From Candidatus Zixiibacteriota bacterium (GTDB lineage Bacteria; RBG-13-66-14; B26-G2; WVWN01): a stretch of DNA of 19,817 nt. Below are positions 1 to 8,271 of this stretch, piece after piece (positions within the stretch are counted from its first letter, which is position 1; every line of letters begins with the position of its first letter). The translations under genes were made by a program, and so were the position numbers. Where the stretch lies: assembly GCA_050117845.1 (NCBI GenBank), contig JASFLY010000039.1, forward strand, positions 1 to 19,817. Reading direction: 5' to 3'. The notes under the pieces were generated by a model. That model worked only from the letters and a program-made list of their open reading frames with translations. It did not search any database and was not told the DNA's origin.

Positions 1-14
1 CGGAGGTTTAGAAC

Positions 15-494
15 ATGGCCAAGTATATCGAAGGCGTGATTTCGGGGAAGGGACGCAAATTCGCGGTGGTCCTTAGCCGCACGAACGAATTCGTGACGAA
101 GCGGCTTTTGGACGGCGCGCTGGACGCGTTCCGGCAGCACGAGGTCGCCGACGGCGACGTTACGGTCGTTTACTGCCCCGGCTCGTTCGAACTCCCGGCG
201 GTGGCGAAGCGCATGGCGAACCGCTCCGGGTTCGACGGCGTCGTTTGCCTCGGTGCCGTTATTCGCGGCGACACGCCGCACTTCCAGTACATCGCGTCGG
301 AAGTGGCGAAGGGCGTGGCCGCGGTATCGATGGAGGCCGCGGTTCCGGTCGTCTTCGGCGTGCTGACGACGGATACGCTGGAGCAGGCGGTGGAACGCGC
401 GGGCTCGAAGGCCGGGAATAAGGGCCGGGAGGCCGCGCTCGTCGCGCTCGAAATGGCCGACCTCTACGGTAAACTCGACGGCAAGGGGAAATAG
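15..494 (+). CDS. ribH: 6,7-dimethyl-8-ribityllumazine synthase (riboflavin synthase beta chain)
   Basis: Signature motifs PGSFELP, CLGAVIRGDTPHF, FGVLTTD..EQA.ERAG.K.GNKG; GGAGG Shine-Dalgarno at 2-6; classic ribH-nusB order. Confidence 0.98.
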   Translation: MAKYIEGVISGKGRKFAVVLSRTNEFVTKRLLDGALDAFRQHEVADGDVTVVYCPGSFELPAVAKRMANRSGFDGVVCLGAVIRGDTPHFQYIASEVAKGVAAVSMEAAVPVVFGVLTTDTLEQAVERAGSKAGNKGREAALVALEMADLYGKLDGKGK

Positions 495-495
495 T

Positions 496-909
496 TTGGG
501 GAAACGTCGCATCGCCCGGGAGTTGGGCCTTAAGCTCCTGTACCAGCTCGAGCTCGTCCGGCCGGAGGCCCAGGAGGCGACGGTACGCGCCTTCTGGGAA
601 GACCATCCGACGGAGACGGACGTCGAGCTCTTCGCGTCGCTTTTAGTGAAGACGGTGCTCGACCACCGGCAGGATATCGACCGCATTATCAAGGAGTCGG
701 TCGACAATTGGGAATTGAACCGCATCGCCCGGGTGGAACGTAATCTATTGCGTCTCGCCACGGCGGAGATGTTGTACCTCGAGGACGTTCCGCCCAAGGC
801 GTCGATAAACGAGGCCATAGAAATCGCCAAGATGTACGGTTCCACGAAACGCTCCTTCCAGTTCATCAACGGCGTTCTCAACAACGTTTATCGGCGTTAT
901 ATCATCTAG
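496..909 (+). CDS. nusB: Transcription antitermination factor NusB
   Basis: N-terminal RR.ARE..L..LYQ, W...R...VERN.LRLA..E, INEAIEIAK.YG...S..FINGVL; TTG start 1 nt after the ribH stop. Confidence 0.97.
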   Translation: MGKRRIARELGLKLLYQLELVRPEAQEATVRAFWEDHPTETDVELFASLLVKTVLDHRQDIDRIIKESVDNWELNRIARVERNLLRLATAEMLYLEDVPPKASINEAIEIAKMYGSTKRSFQFINGVLNNVYRRYII

Positions 910-947
910 CATAAATACGGCACAGCCCGGCCCGCGCGGCCTCCGTT

Positions 948-1736
948 TTGAAAATCGCCGTTTTTTCCGACGTACATAGCAATCTGGAGGCTTATCGCGC
1001 CTCTCTGATGGATATGGCGCGTCGCCCGGACGTGGAGCGCTTGTGGTGTCTGGGTGATATCGTCGGGTACGGCGCCGAACCGGAGCTTTGCGTGGGCATT
1101 ACGGCGGCCCTCGCCGGGGATGCGCCGCCGCCGGACCTGGACGCCGAGTTCGCGGGCGCCGTCGAACGGCTCGCCGGGAGGCTGGGGCCGGTCGTTCTGG
1201 GGAACCACGACGCGGCGGCCTTCGGCGACCGTATCGTCAACTACTTCAGCGAGACCGCCCGCACCGCCGCCCACTGGACCACCGACCAGATTTCCTCTCG
1301 CGCCCGGCTCTTCCTTCAAAATCTCCCGTTAACGGCGGCCGAGGGCGATAAGCTGCTGGTGCACGCCACGCCGGTCCGGCCCCGCGAATTCCATTACGTC
1401 CTGTCCGCGGCCGACGCCCGTCAGGTCTTCGCCGCGACCGACGCCCACATTACTTTTTTCGGCCACACCCACCAACCTACGGTTTTGCCGGAGATAGCCA
1501 TCCCCGGCGGGGGGATGGCGCCCGGCGGCCTGGCGGCCGGGCGGTGCCTGGTCAACGTCGGCAGCGTGGGCCAGCCGCGGGACCGCGATCCCCGGGCCTG
1601 TTACGTGTTGTACGATCCGGAGGAGGCCGGGTTGGAATTCGTCCGAGTGGAATACGACGTCGAGACCGCCGCCCGCAAGATAACCGAGGCGGGTCTGCCG
1701 GCCGTGCTGGCGGAACGCCTGCATCACGGGTGGTGA
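948..1736 (+). CDS. Calcineurin-like metallophosphoesterase (YfcE/Metallophos_2-type)
   Basis: All five metal-binding motifs: SDVHSN, LGDIVGYG, GNHD, VH, GHTH; plus NVGSVGQPRD.DPRA.Y and RVEYD. Confidence 0.93.
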   Translation: MKIAVFSDVHSNLEAYRASLMDMARRPDVERLWCLGDIVGYGAEPELCVGITAALAGDAPPPDLDAEFAGAVERLAGRLGPVVLGNHDAAAFGDRIVNYFSETARTAAHWTTDQISSRARLFLQNLPLTAAEGDKLLVHATPVRPREFHYVLSAADARQVFAATDAHITFFGHTHQPTVLPEIAIPGGGMAPGGLAAGRCLVNVGSVGQPRDRDPRACYVLYDPEEAGLEFVRVEYDVETAARKITEAGLPAVLAERLHHGW

Positions 1737-1742
1737 CGGGTC

Positions 1743-2327
1743 CTGGCGCTGCACATTGGCGGAGGGTTCCTCAAGGGGAGGCCCATTTCCCGGCCGGACG
1801 GTAAATTCTACCGACCTTTGACCGGCCGTCTCAAACAGTCGCTGTTCGACTATCTGGGCGGCGTGGTGGCCGAGACTACGGTATTGGACCTGTTCGCCGG
1901 CGTGGGCGTTTTCGGCCTCGAAGCGCTGAGCCGGGGCGCATCGCGGGCGACTTTCGTGGAACAGGACCCGGGCCTCGTGGGTTACCTGGACGGCAACCTG
2001 GCGTCGTTGGGACTGGCGGATTCCGGACGGGTTTACGGCGAGGACGTTTTCTCGTACTTTTCGGTGACGAGGCCGAGCACGCCTTACGATATAATCTTCC
2101 TGGACCCGCCGTACGGCCGGGGCCTGGCGTTTAAGACCATCGAGCGTCTCGCGACGTGGCCCGGCTTCGGCGAGGGAACGCTCGGCATCGCGAAGACGTT
2201 CAAGAAGGAAAAATTCGCCGGGCCGGCGCCGCTGGCGCTGCTCGACGTCCGACAAATCGGGGATGATAATTTATCCTTTTTTCATATAGAAACGGCGGCC
2301 GGGTCGACGGGGCCCGCTCGTTCATGA
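1743..2327 (+). CDS. rsmD: 16S rRNA m2G966 methyltransferase RsmD family (start extended upstream of the track's 1818 to a probable CTG at 1743)
   Basis: LDLFAG.G..GLEALSRGA, FVE and IIFLDPPY motifs. The same frame upstream of 1818 reads LALHIGGGFLKGRPISRPDGKFYRPLT, matching the RsmD N-terminal 'MRIIGG..KGR.L...RPT' motif. Confidence 0.9.
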   Translation: MALHIGGGFLKGRPISRPDGKFYRPLTGRLKQSLFDYLGGVVAETTVLDLFAGVGVFGLEALSRGASRATFVEQDPGLVGYLDGNLASLGLADSGRVYGEDVFSYFSVTRPSTPYDIIFLDPPYGRGLAFKTIERLATWPGFGEGTLGIAKTFKKEKFAGPAPLALLDVRQIGDDNLSFFHIETAAGSTGPARS

Positions 2328-2381
2328 ACCGGAAATGCCGGGGGGACCGCACGCGGATTCCGCCGGGCAAGGAGGTTTGAC

Positions 2382-3302
2382 ATGTTCCTCTTCGTACTAT
2401 CCATAATGGCCTTTATAGCGGCGTTCGCTTTTTTCCTCATGAGTAAACGTATAGCCGCGAAGGGCTTCCGTTTGATGTCTCTCATCGCCCTGGGCGGCGG
2501 GTTGCTCTTTTTCATCTTCTCCTCGCTCGTAATAGTCCCGCCGGGCCACGTGGGCGTCCCGGTCATCTTCGGCGCCGTCAGCGAAACCATATATCCTTCC
2601 GGCCTGCACTTGAAATGGCCGGTGGCCGAGGTCGTGAAGATGAGCGTCCAGGAGCGGGCGTACACGATGGGGATTAGCGGCGAGGTCGACCCGTCTCTCC
2701 ACGAGTTCGACATCATAACGGCGTTGACCAACGAGGGCATGAAGGTCGACGTCGATATTACGGTCCAGTATAGGATCATGCCGGAGAAGACGCCGTGGAT
2801 TTTGAATAACAAAGTCTGGGGCAACGAGCAGCAATTCGAGCGGAATTACGTCCGGCCCGAGATCCGCCGGGCAATCCGCGACGTGTGCGCGAAGTACTCC
2901 GCCCAGCAGCTCTACTCGACGCGGCGCGGCCAGGTGGGCGAGGAGATTCAGGAACTCGCCAACCGGCTCCTGATGCGGAACGGCTGTACCTGCGTTCTGG
3001 TCAACCTCCGGAACGTCGTGCTGCCCGAGGTCGTAACCGCGGCCATCGAGCGCAAGAAAGAGCGTGAACAGCAGAGCCAGGAATATGACTACAAACTCGA
3101 GGTCGAGGCCAAGGAAGCGGAACGGAAACGCATCGAGGCCGAGGGTATCCGGGACTATCAGATAACGGTGTCCGAAGGCATTTCGCCGATGCTGATACAG
3201 TGGAAGGGCATCGAGGCCGCGGAGAAACTTGCCGAGTCGCCGAACGCGAAGGCTATTATATTCGGCGACAGCAAAATACCCATAATCCTCGGCGGCCAAT
3301 AG
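2382..3302 (+). CDS. SPFH/band-7 (prohibitin-like) membrane protein
   Basis: Two N-terminal hydrophobic segments, VPPGHVGV..FG, GLH...P, VDVDITVQYR, LRNV.LP..V..AIE.K, coiled-coil EAERKRIEAEG; AGGAGG SD. Confidence 0.93.
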   Translation: MFLFVLSIMAFIAAFAFFLMSKRIAAKGFRLMSLIALGGGLLFFIFSSLVIVPPGHVGVPVIFGAVSETIYPSGLHLKWPVAEVVKMSVQERAYTMGISGEVDPSLHEFDIITALTNEGMKVDVDITVQYRIMPEKTPWILNNKVWGNEQQFERNYVRPEIRRAIRDVCAKYSAQQLYSTRRGQVGEEIQELANRLLMRNGCTCVLVNLRNVVLPEVVTAAIERKKEREQQSQEYDYKLEVEAKEAERKRIEAEGIRDYQITVSEGISPMLIQWKGIEAAEKLAESPNAKAIIFGDSKIPIILGGQ

Positions 3303-3390
3303 GCCGGATTCCATTCGATACGAACGCGGGGCGGGCCGGCGCCGGAAAGCGCCGACCCGGCCCGACTTACCGGGCGAGATAGGTTTTAAT

Positions 3391-3768
3391 ATGAATAGGA
3401 TAATTCTTTGGATTTCGGCCGGCGTCCTCGCGGCCTCGGCCTCGTTCGGCTGGAGCGGCTGGGAATCGCGGGTGCCGAACGGCCAGGTCTTCGGCTGCAA
3501 TACCTGCCACCTCGAGTTGAAGTTTTACGCCGACATGGTGGCCAACGGCAACGTTTGGGACGAGAACCTCGCCGCCAAGGACAGCGACGGCGACGGCTAT
3601 TCCAACGGCATCGAATTGCAAGACCCTTACGGCGTCTGGCGGCCGGGGCAGGCCAACCCGAGCCGGCCCGCCTGGAATACGTACAACCCGGACAGCTCGG
3701 CGAGCGTGCCGCCGTACGACGAGGTGGCGCCCACCAGTTGGGGCCGGGTTAAAGCTATGTTCCGCTGA
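3391..3768 (+). CDS. Small secreted temptin-like protein with CxxCH and a DxDxDG Ca-binding loop; carries the conserved C-terminal tail
   Basis: Signal peptide; RVPNG, CNTCH, W...LA..DSDGDGYSNGIELQDP.G.W; ends VAPTSWGRVKAMFR. Confidence 0.8.
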   Translation: MNRIILWISAGVLAASASFGWSGWESRVPNGQVFGCNTCHLELKFYADMVANGNVWDENLAAKDSDGDGYSNGIELQDPYGVWRPGQANPSRPAWNTYNPDSSASVPPYDEVAPTSWGRVKAMFR

Positions 3769-3797
3769 CCGGCGCGGAGCCGGGGAAGGGAGAAGGT

Positions 3798-4460
3798 GTG
3801 AAAGGGATAATCGCCGTAGCCATGTTGACGGCGGCCGTATCGGCGCTTGCTTCCGACCTCGTCGTGGAGCGGGCGCCGTTGCCGTTAGGCGAGAGCGCCG
3901 CGGCGTCGGACGCCTACCTGACGTTATCGTGGGATAACGGCTCGCCGAGTTGGGTGTTGGCCTGGGAGACCGGGGCCGACGCGTGGGTCGGCAACGAATT
4001 CGACATTAGCACGCTTAATACCTTTTCCCACATTCGGGAGTTAAGAGTTTGGACACGTTACTCGTGGCCCGACGGCGATTGGGACGGCTTCAATGTCGGT
4101 ATCTATGCGTTCGCCGGCGTTCCGGGTTCGTTAATCTGGCCCGCGGGCGGAGGCCGGTACTTCATGCCCGACGGGGCTCACGGATGGAAATGCGTGCCCG
4201 TCGATTGGGTGCTCCCCGGCGGGATCACGAATTTCCTCGCGGCCATGGAGCAGTGCTATGACTACCCCGATTGTGACCCCTATGCCGTAGATAACAACGA
4301 TACGTTCCTCGGCCGCTCCTGGCAATACTACCGGGGGACCTGGCGGCCGGTGGAGGGTACGCTTAATTATCACAATCTAATGCTCCGCGTCGTCGTCAGT
4401 GACGAAATGTTCGCGGTGAAGCCGACGAGTTTGGGGCGGGTTAAGGCGTTGTATTATTAA
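3798..4460 (+). CDS. Secreted hypothetical protein (paralog A of tandem pair) with conserved C-terminal tail
   Basis: GTG start with GGAG/AAGG SD; signal peptide ending ALA; colinear with 4478..5143; ends VKPTSLGRVKALYY. Confidence 0.85.
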   Translation: MKGIIAVAMLTAAVSALASDLVVERAPLPLGESAAASDAYLTLSWDNGSPSWVLAWETGADAWVGNEFDISTLNTFSHIRELRVWTRYSWPDGDWDGFNVGIYAFAGVPGSLIWPAGGGRYFMPDGAHGWKCVPVDWVLPGGITNFLAAMEQCYDYPDCDPYAVDNNDTFLGRSWQYYRGTWRPVEGTLNYHNLMLRVVVSDEMFAVKPTSLGRVKALYY

Positions 4461-4477
4461 CGAGAAAGGGAGACGAG

Positions 4478-5143
4478 ATGAAAATGCTATCATCAATCAT
4501 CTTGGTAGCGGTGGCGGTAACGGCCTTCGCCGCCGACACGGTAATAGAGCGGGCGCCGGGCGCCGCGGCGGGAACCGATTCGCCGACGGACGCTTCCCTG
4601 ACTTTGCGCTGGGATAGCGGTTATTCGAAGTGGATGATTTCGTGGCCCACCGGGGCCGGCGCGTGGGTGGGCAACGACTTCGATATTAGTACGGTAAGCA
4701 CTTTTTCCCATATCCGGGCGGTACGGGTTCTCAGTTCATACGTTTGGCCCAACGGCGTCTGGGACGGTTATCGCGTGGGTGTCTACGCGTTCGCCGGCGT
4801 CCCGGCTTCGCTCCTCTGGCCAACGAGCGGCGGGGGGCGTTTCGTAGTGCCGACGGGGTCGAACGGATGGAAAGACCTACCCGTCAATTGGACGTTGCCC
4901 GGCGGCACGCATACTTTCCTCGCGGCGATAGAGCAGTGCTACGACTACCCCAACTGCGATCCCTTCATCGTGGACAATAACCATACTTTCCTTCTCCACT
5001 CGTGGCAATATTACCGGGGACCGTGGGAAGCGTTGGACGGCGTTCAGGTGTACCGTAATCTTATGCTTCGCGTCGTCGTCGATAACGAAACGGTTTCAGT
5101 GGCGCCGACCAGCGTAGGCCGCGTCAAGGCGCTTTATTATTAA
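4478..5143 (+). CDS. Secreted hypothetical protein (paralog B of tandem pair) with conserved C-terminal tail
   Basis: Signal peptide ending AFA; shares AWVGN.FDIST, TFSHIR, YAFAGVP.SL.WP, EQCYDYP.CDP and NLMLRVVV with 3798..4460; ends VAPTSVGRVKALYY. Confidence 0.85.
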   Translation: MKMLSSIILVAVAVTAFAADTVIERAPGAAAGTDSPTDASLTLRWDSGYSKWMISWPTGAGAWVGNDFDISTVSTFSHIRAVRVLSSYVWPNGVWDGYRVGVYAFAGVPASLLWPTSGGGRFVVPTGSNGWKDLPVNWTLPGGTHTFLAAIEQCYDYPNCDPFIVDNNHTFLLHSWQYYRGPWEALDGVQVYRNLMLRVVVDNETVSVAPTSVGRVKALYY

Positions 5144-5156
5144 CGCGGGAGAAACG

Positions 5157-5510
5157 ATGGGTAAAAGCGAATCGGAACGCGTCGTTCTGGAGTTCGTCGA
5201 GCGTATCAACCGGCGCGACGCCGACGGCCTGGCCGAACTGATGACCGAGGGGTTTACCTTCGTGGACTACGCCGGCGACGTCGAGCGCGGGCGCGGTCAA
5301 CTTCGGGAGAGCTTCGCCGAATACTTCCGGTTGTATCCGGAGTATTTAATCCACGTCGACGAGGTGCTTCGTTCGGGCAAGGACATAGCCATCCTCGGGA
5401 CGACGACCGGTTCACACGTGGCCTCGGAGGAGGAGGCCGGTGAGACGGTTCTGTGGGTGGCCGAGGTCGAGGGGGACCTCGTGGCCTCGTGGCGCATATA
5501 CGCGCCTTAA
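5157..5510 (+). CDS. NTF2-like / SnoaL-like domain protein
   Basis: 117 aa; V..FVE.IN.RD.DGL..LM...F.F.D, G...LR..F..YF..YP, V.G..V..WR.Y pattern; GGGAG SD. Confidence 0.85.
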   Translation: MGKSESERVVLEFVERINRRDADGLAELMTEGFTFVDYAGDVERGRGQLRESFAEYFRLYPEYLIHVDEVLRSGKDIAILGTTTGSHVASEEEAGETVLWVAEVEGDLVASWRIYAP

Positions 5511-5528
5511 CGGCCACTCGGTTTTAGC

Positions 5529-5557
5529 TTGACTTCGATTAACTACTATTTGATAAT
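5529..5557 (+). promoter_or_regulatory. Putative sigma70 promoter
   Basis: TTGACT-17 nt-GATAAT. Confidence 0.6.
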
Positions 5558-5674
5558 GTAAGCGTCAAGTCTTTAGCCGGGGAGGAGAGGAAGGATCGGA
5601 CCGGGGGATTGGGCTGTGTGTGGGGTGGATTATCCGAACGTTAACGGCGGCGCGTCGCGGCGCGCCCCGTGATA

Positions 5675-5712
5675 TACCCAGGTCGGTTTGGGCCGGCCTG
5701 GGGTAATTTTAT
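5675..5712 (+). terminator. Terminator-like hairpin within the long leader of 5801
   Basis: TACCCAGGTCGG-TTTGGG-CCGGCCTGGGGTA (one G:U pair, one bulge) followed by ATTTTAT. Confidence 0.45.
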
Positions 5713-5800
5713 ACAAAACTCGCGGGGCTATCGACGTGTGATTATTAAATGGGGATTTAACCGATAACGCCAACGCAGTTAATCGAGGAGGTTAAAAGGT

Positions 5801-6772
5801 ATGAATAAATCCGTGGTATGGATTACGGGGGTACTGGTCGCGCTGGCGGCCGGGTGCGTTTGGGGCCAATGGGAATACGAGGGGCAGTGGGGGTCGTACG
5901 GCTCGGGCAACGGCCAATTCGACTCCCCGTACGGCATCGGCGTGGCTACGGGCGGAAACGTGTACGTGGCCGATTACGGCAACGACCGGGTCGAGTACTT
6001 CAACGCGACCGGGTCGTTTCTCGGGACCTGGGGCTCGACCGGCTCGGGCAACGGCCAATTCGACGGCGTTACCGGCGTGGCCGTGGCGACTACCGGCCGC
6101 GTTTACGTGGTGGACGAGGGCAACGGCCGCATTCAATACTTCAGCTCGGCCGGGTCGTATCAGGGGCGCTGGGGGTCGTACGGCTCCGGCTCCGGCGAGT
6201 TCAGCTTTCCGGACGGCGTGGCTGTGGCTTCGAACGGAAACGTGTACGTAGCGGACTGGGGCAACGACCGCGTGCAGTACTTCACGTCGACCGGTTCGTA
6301 TGTCGGGGCGTGGGGTACGTCCGGTTCGGGCAACGGCCAGTTCGACGGCCCGATGGGCGTCGCCATCGCTCCCGGCGGGAACGTATATGTCTCCGACTCC
6401 GGCAACGACCGCATTCAGATCTTCTCGTCGACCGGTACGTATATAGGCGAGTGGGGTTCGTACGGTTCCGGCAACGGCGAGTTCAGTACTCCCTGGGGCC
6501 TGGCGGTGACGCCTACCGGCGACATTATAGTCGCCGATAACGGCAACGACAGGATGCAGTACTTCTCCGGGACGGGGGGCTACCTCGGCCAGTGGGGCTC
6601 GACTGGCTCGGGCAACGGCCAGTTCGATTACCCGTATTACGTGGCCCTCAATACCGCCGGAAACCGGGCGTACGTGACCGACCAGGATAATTATCGCGTC
6701 CAATATTTCCGGAAAACCGGCGTGAATATCGTGCCGACTTCCTTGGGGAAAGTTAAAGCGGTATACCGTTAA
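5801..6772 (+). CDS. Secreted NHL-repeat six-bladed beta-propeller with conserved C-terminal tail
   Basis: Signal peptide; six repeats of about 47 aa, WGS.GSGNGQF..P.G.AV...G.VYV.D.GN.R.QYF; GGAGG SD; ends IVPTSLGKVKAVYR. Confidence 0.93.
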   Translation: MNKSVVWITGVLVALAAGCVWGQWEYEGQWGSYGSGNGQFDSPYGIGVATGGNVYVADYGNDRVEYFNATGSFLGTWGSTGSGNGQFDGVTGVAVATTGRVYVVDEGNGRIQYFSSAGSYQGRWGSYGSGSGEFSFPDGVAVASNGNVYVADWGNDRVQYFTSTGSYVGAWGTSGSGNGQFDGPMGVAIAPGGNVYVSDSGNDRIQIFSSTGTYIGEWGSYGSGNGEFSTPWGLAVTPTGDIIVADNGNDRMQYFSGTGGYLGQWGSTGSGNGQFDYPYYVALNTAGNRAYVTDQDNYRVQYFRKTGVNIVPTSLGKVKAVYR

Positions 6773-6844
6773 ACGAGGGACTTCCTTGCGGTAACGTTCG
6801 TCCGTAAAACGAGAATATCGGCCCCGCTAAATAGGGGGTCGGCC

Positions 6845-6874
6845 CGTAGGGGCGGCTGGCCAGTCGCCCCTACG
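6845..6874. repeat. 30-nt GTAG-type REP-like palindrome
   Basis: CGTAGGGGCG-GCTGGCCAGT-CGCCCCTACG; same arms and length as 9049..9078. Confidence 0.7.
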
Positions 6875-6932
6875 CGTGTCTTGAGGTTGGGGTGGGCCGA
6901 GTACGGCGGCCCGAGGACGCCGGCGTTTTAAT

Positions 6933-6961
6933 TTGATATTTGCGTGTTTTCCGAGTATAAT
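6933..6961 (+). promoter_or_regulatory. Putative sigma70 promoter
   Basis: TTGATA-17 nt-TATAAT. Confidence 0.7.
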
Positions 6962-7142
6962 AGCATTCAGGCGATATTTGTTATTGTACCGGGAAGAGGG
7001 AAAAAGCGAGTTAAACATACGCCGCTAACGTGTTGTGGATTGCTATGGATTAACCCGCCCGGCCGTAGGCCCCCCGGAGTTTAATTTCCCCAAAATAGGT
7101 TTTTAATAGGGATACGTTTTTTACCTAACAGGAGGTAGTATA

Positions 7143-8117
7143 ATGAGGGCGCTTTTATTTTTCGTGGCCATTGCGACGTTTGCTGTAGGGGCGTGCGCTT
7201 TACCGCCGCCGTACGCTTACGTAGGGAAATGGGGTACCAACGGTACCGGCAACGGCCAGTTCCGGACTCCCATTGACGTTGCGGGGGCTCCTTCGAATTA
7301 CGTTTACGTCGTGGATTCGGGGAATAACCGCATCCAGTACTTCAACACAAGCGGTTCCTACCTCGGGAAATGGGGCTCGTCGGGCTCCGGGAACGGCCAA
7401 TTTAACAACCCCCGTGGCGTCGCGGTCGCTTCCAATTACAACGTTTACATCGCGGATCAGAATAACAACCGTATCCAGTACTTCAGCGCAACCGGCTCGT
7501 ACCTGGGCAAATGGGGCACCTACGGAACCGGCAACGGGCAATTTCGCGCGACGAATGCCGTATCCGTAGCGGCGAACGGTAACGTTTACGTGGTGGACTA
7601 CGACAACTATCGGGTCCAATACTTCACTTCCACGGGCTCCTATTTGGGGAAGTGGGGCTCGGAGGGCTCCGGTAACGGCCAATTCGATCACCCGCTCGGC
7701 GTCGCTATTGCGCCTAACGGTAACGTTTACGTATCCGAGAACGATAACCATCGCGTTCAATACTTCACGTCGACCGGCTCCTACCTGGGAAAATGGGGTT
7801 CTTACGGGACCGGCGACGGCCAGTTCCATTCCGCCAACCGCGTCGCTATTACTCCCAACGGCGTAGTGCTCGTCGCAGACTATTTTAATAACCGCATCCA
7901 ATACTTCAATTTAACCGGTTCATTCCTCGGGAAGTTCGGGTCGGCTGGTACCGGTAACGGCCAATTCAATAACCCGGTCGGTATAGGTATTAACCCGGGT
8001 GGCGTCCTGGTATACATTTGCGATTCGAATAACGACCGCGTCCAATATTTCCGAGATGAGGAACAGGTCGGCGTAAACCCCGTCTCTTTAGGCCGGGTAC
8101 GCGCTTTATTTAGATAG
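7143..8117 (+). CDS. Secreted NHL-repeat six-bladed beta-propeller with conserved C-terminal tail
   Basis: Signal peptide; six NHL repeats (GKWG..G.GNGQF..P..VA.....VY..D..N.RIQYF); AGGAGG SD; ends VNPVSLGRVRALFR. Confidence 0.93.
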   Translation: MRALLFFVAIATFAVGACALPPPYAYVGKWGTNGTGNGQFRTPIDVAGAPSNYVYVVDSGNNRIQYFNTSGSYLGKWGSSGSGNGQFNNPRGVAVASNYNVYIADQNNNRIQYFSATGSYLGKWGTYGTGNGQFRATNAVSVAANGNVYVVDYDNYRVQYFTSTGSYLGKWGSEGSGNGQFDHPLGVAIAPNGNVYVSENDNHRVQYFTSTGSYLGKWGSYGTGDGQFHSANRVAITPNGVVLVADYFNNRIQYFNLTGSFLGKFGSAGTGNGQFNNPVGIGINPGGVLVYICDSNNDRVQYFRDEEQVGVNPVSLGRVRALFR

Positions 8118-8137
8118 GGTGAGTAAACTAGCATCCC

Positions 8138-8161
8138 GGGGCGGCCTAGCGGCCGCCCTTT
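8138..8161 (+). terminator. Putative intrinsic terminator
   Basis: GGGCGGCC-TAGC-GGCCGCCC followed by TTT. Confidence 0.55.
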
Positions 8162-8203
8162 CGCATTCTATCCCTCTCCGGCGCCAAAAACCATTGAGCC
8201 GAT

Positions 8204-8232
8204 TTGACTTCCGCTATCCGGGGCACTATAAT
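8204..8232 (+). promoter_or_regulatory. Putative sigma70 promoter
   Basis: TTGACT-17 nt-TATAAT. Confidence 0.75.
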
Positions 8233-8271
8233 TAAATTAGGAATAAATAACCGCCGGAAAGGGGTCCCGTC

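Noticed and set aside
1734..1736. Selenocysteine read-through at the in-frame TGA
   Set aside because: The phosphoesterase ends at its usual family terminus (RL..G.), the position is not a Cys-equivalent site, and no convincing SECIS was seen.
5870..8050. Recurring DNA words (GGCAACGGCCAATTC and variants) at about 141-nt period, superficially CRISPR-like
   Set aside because: The period equals the 47-aa NHL repeat, the copies vary at synonymous sites, the 'spacers' are homologous, and there are no cas genes.
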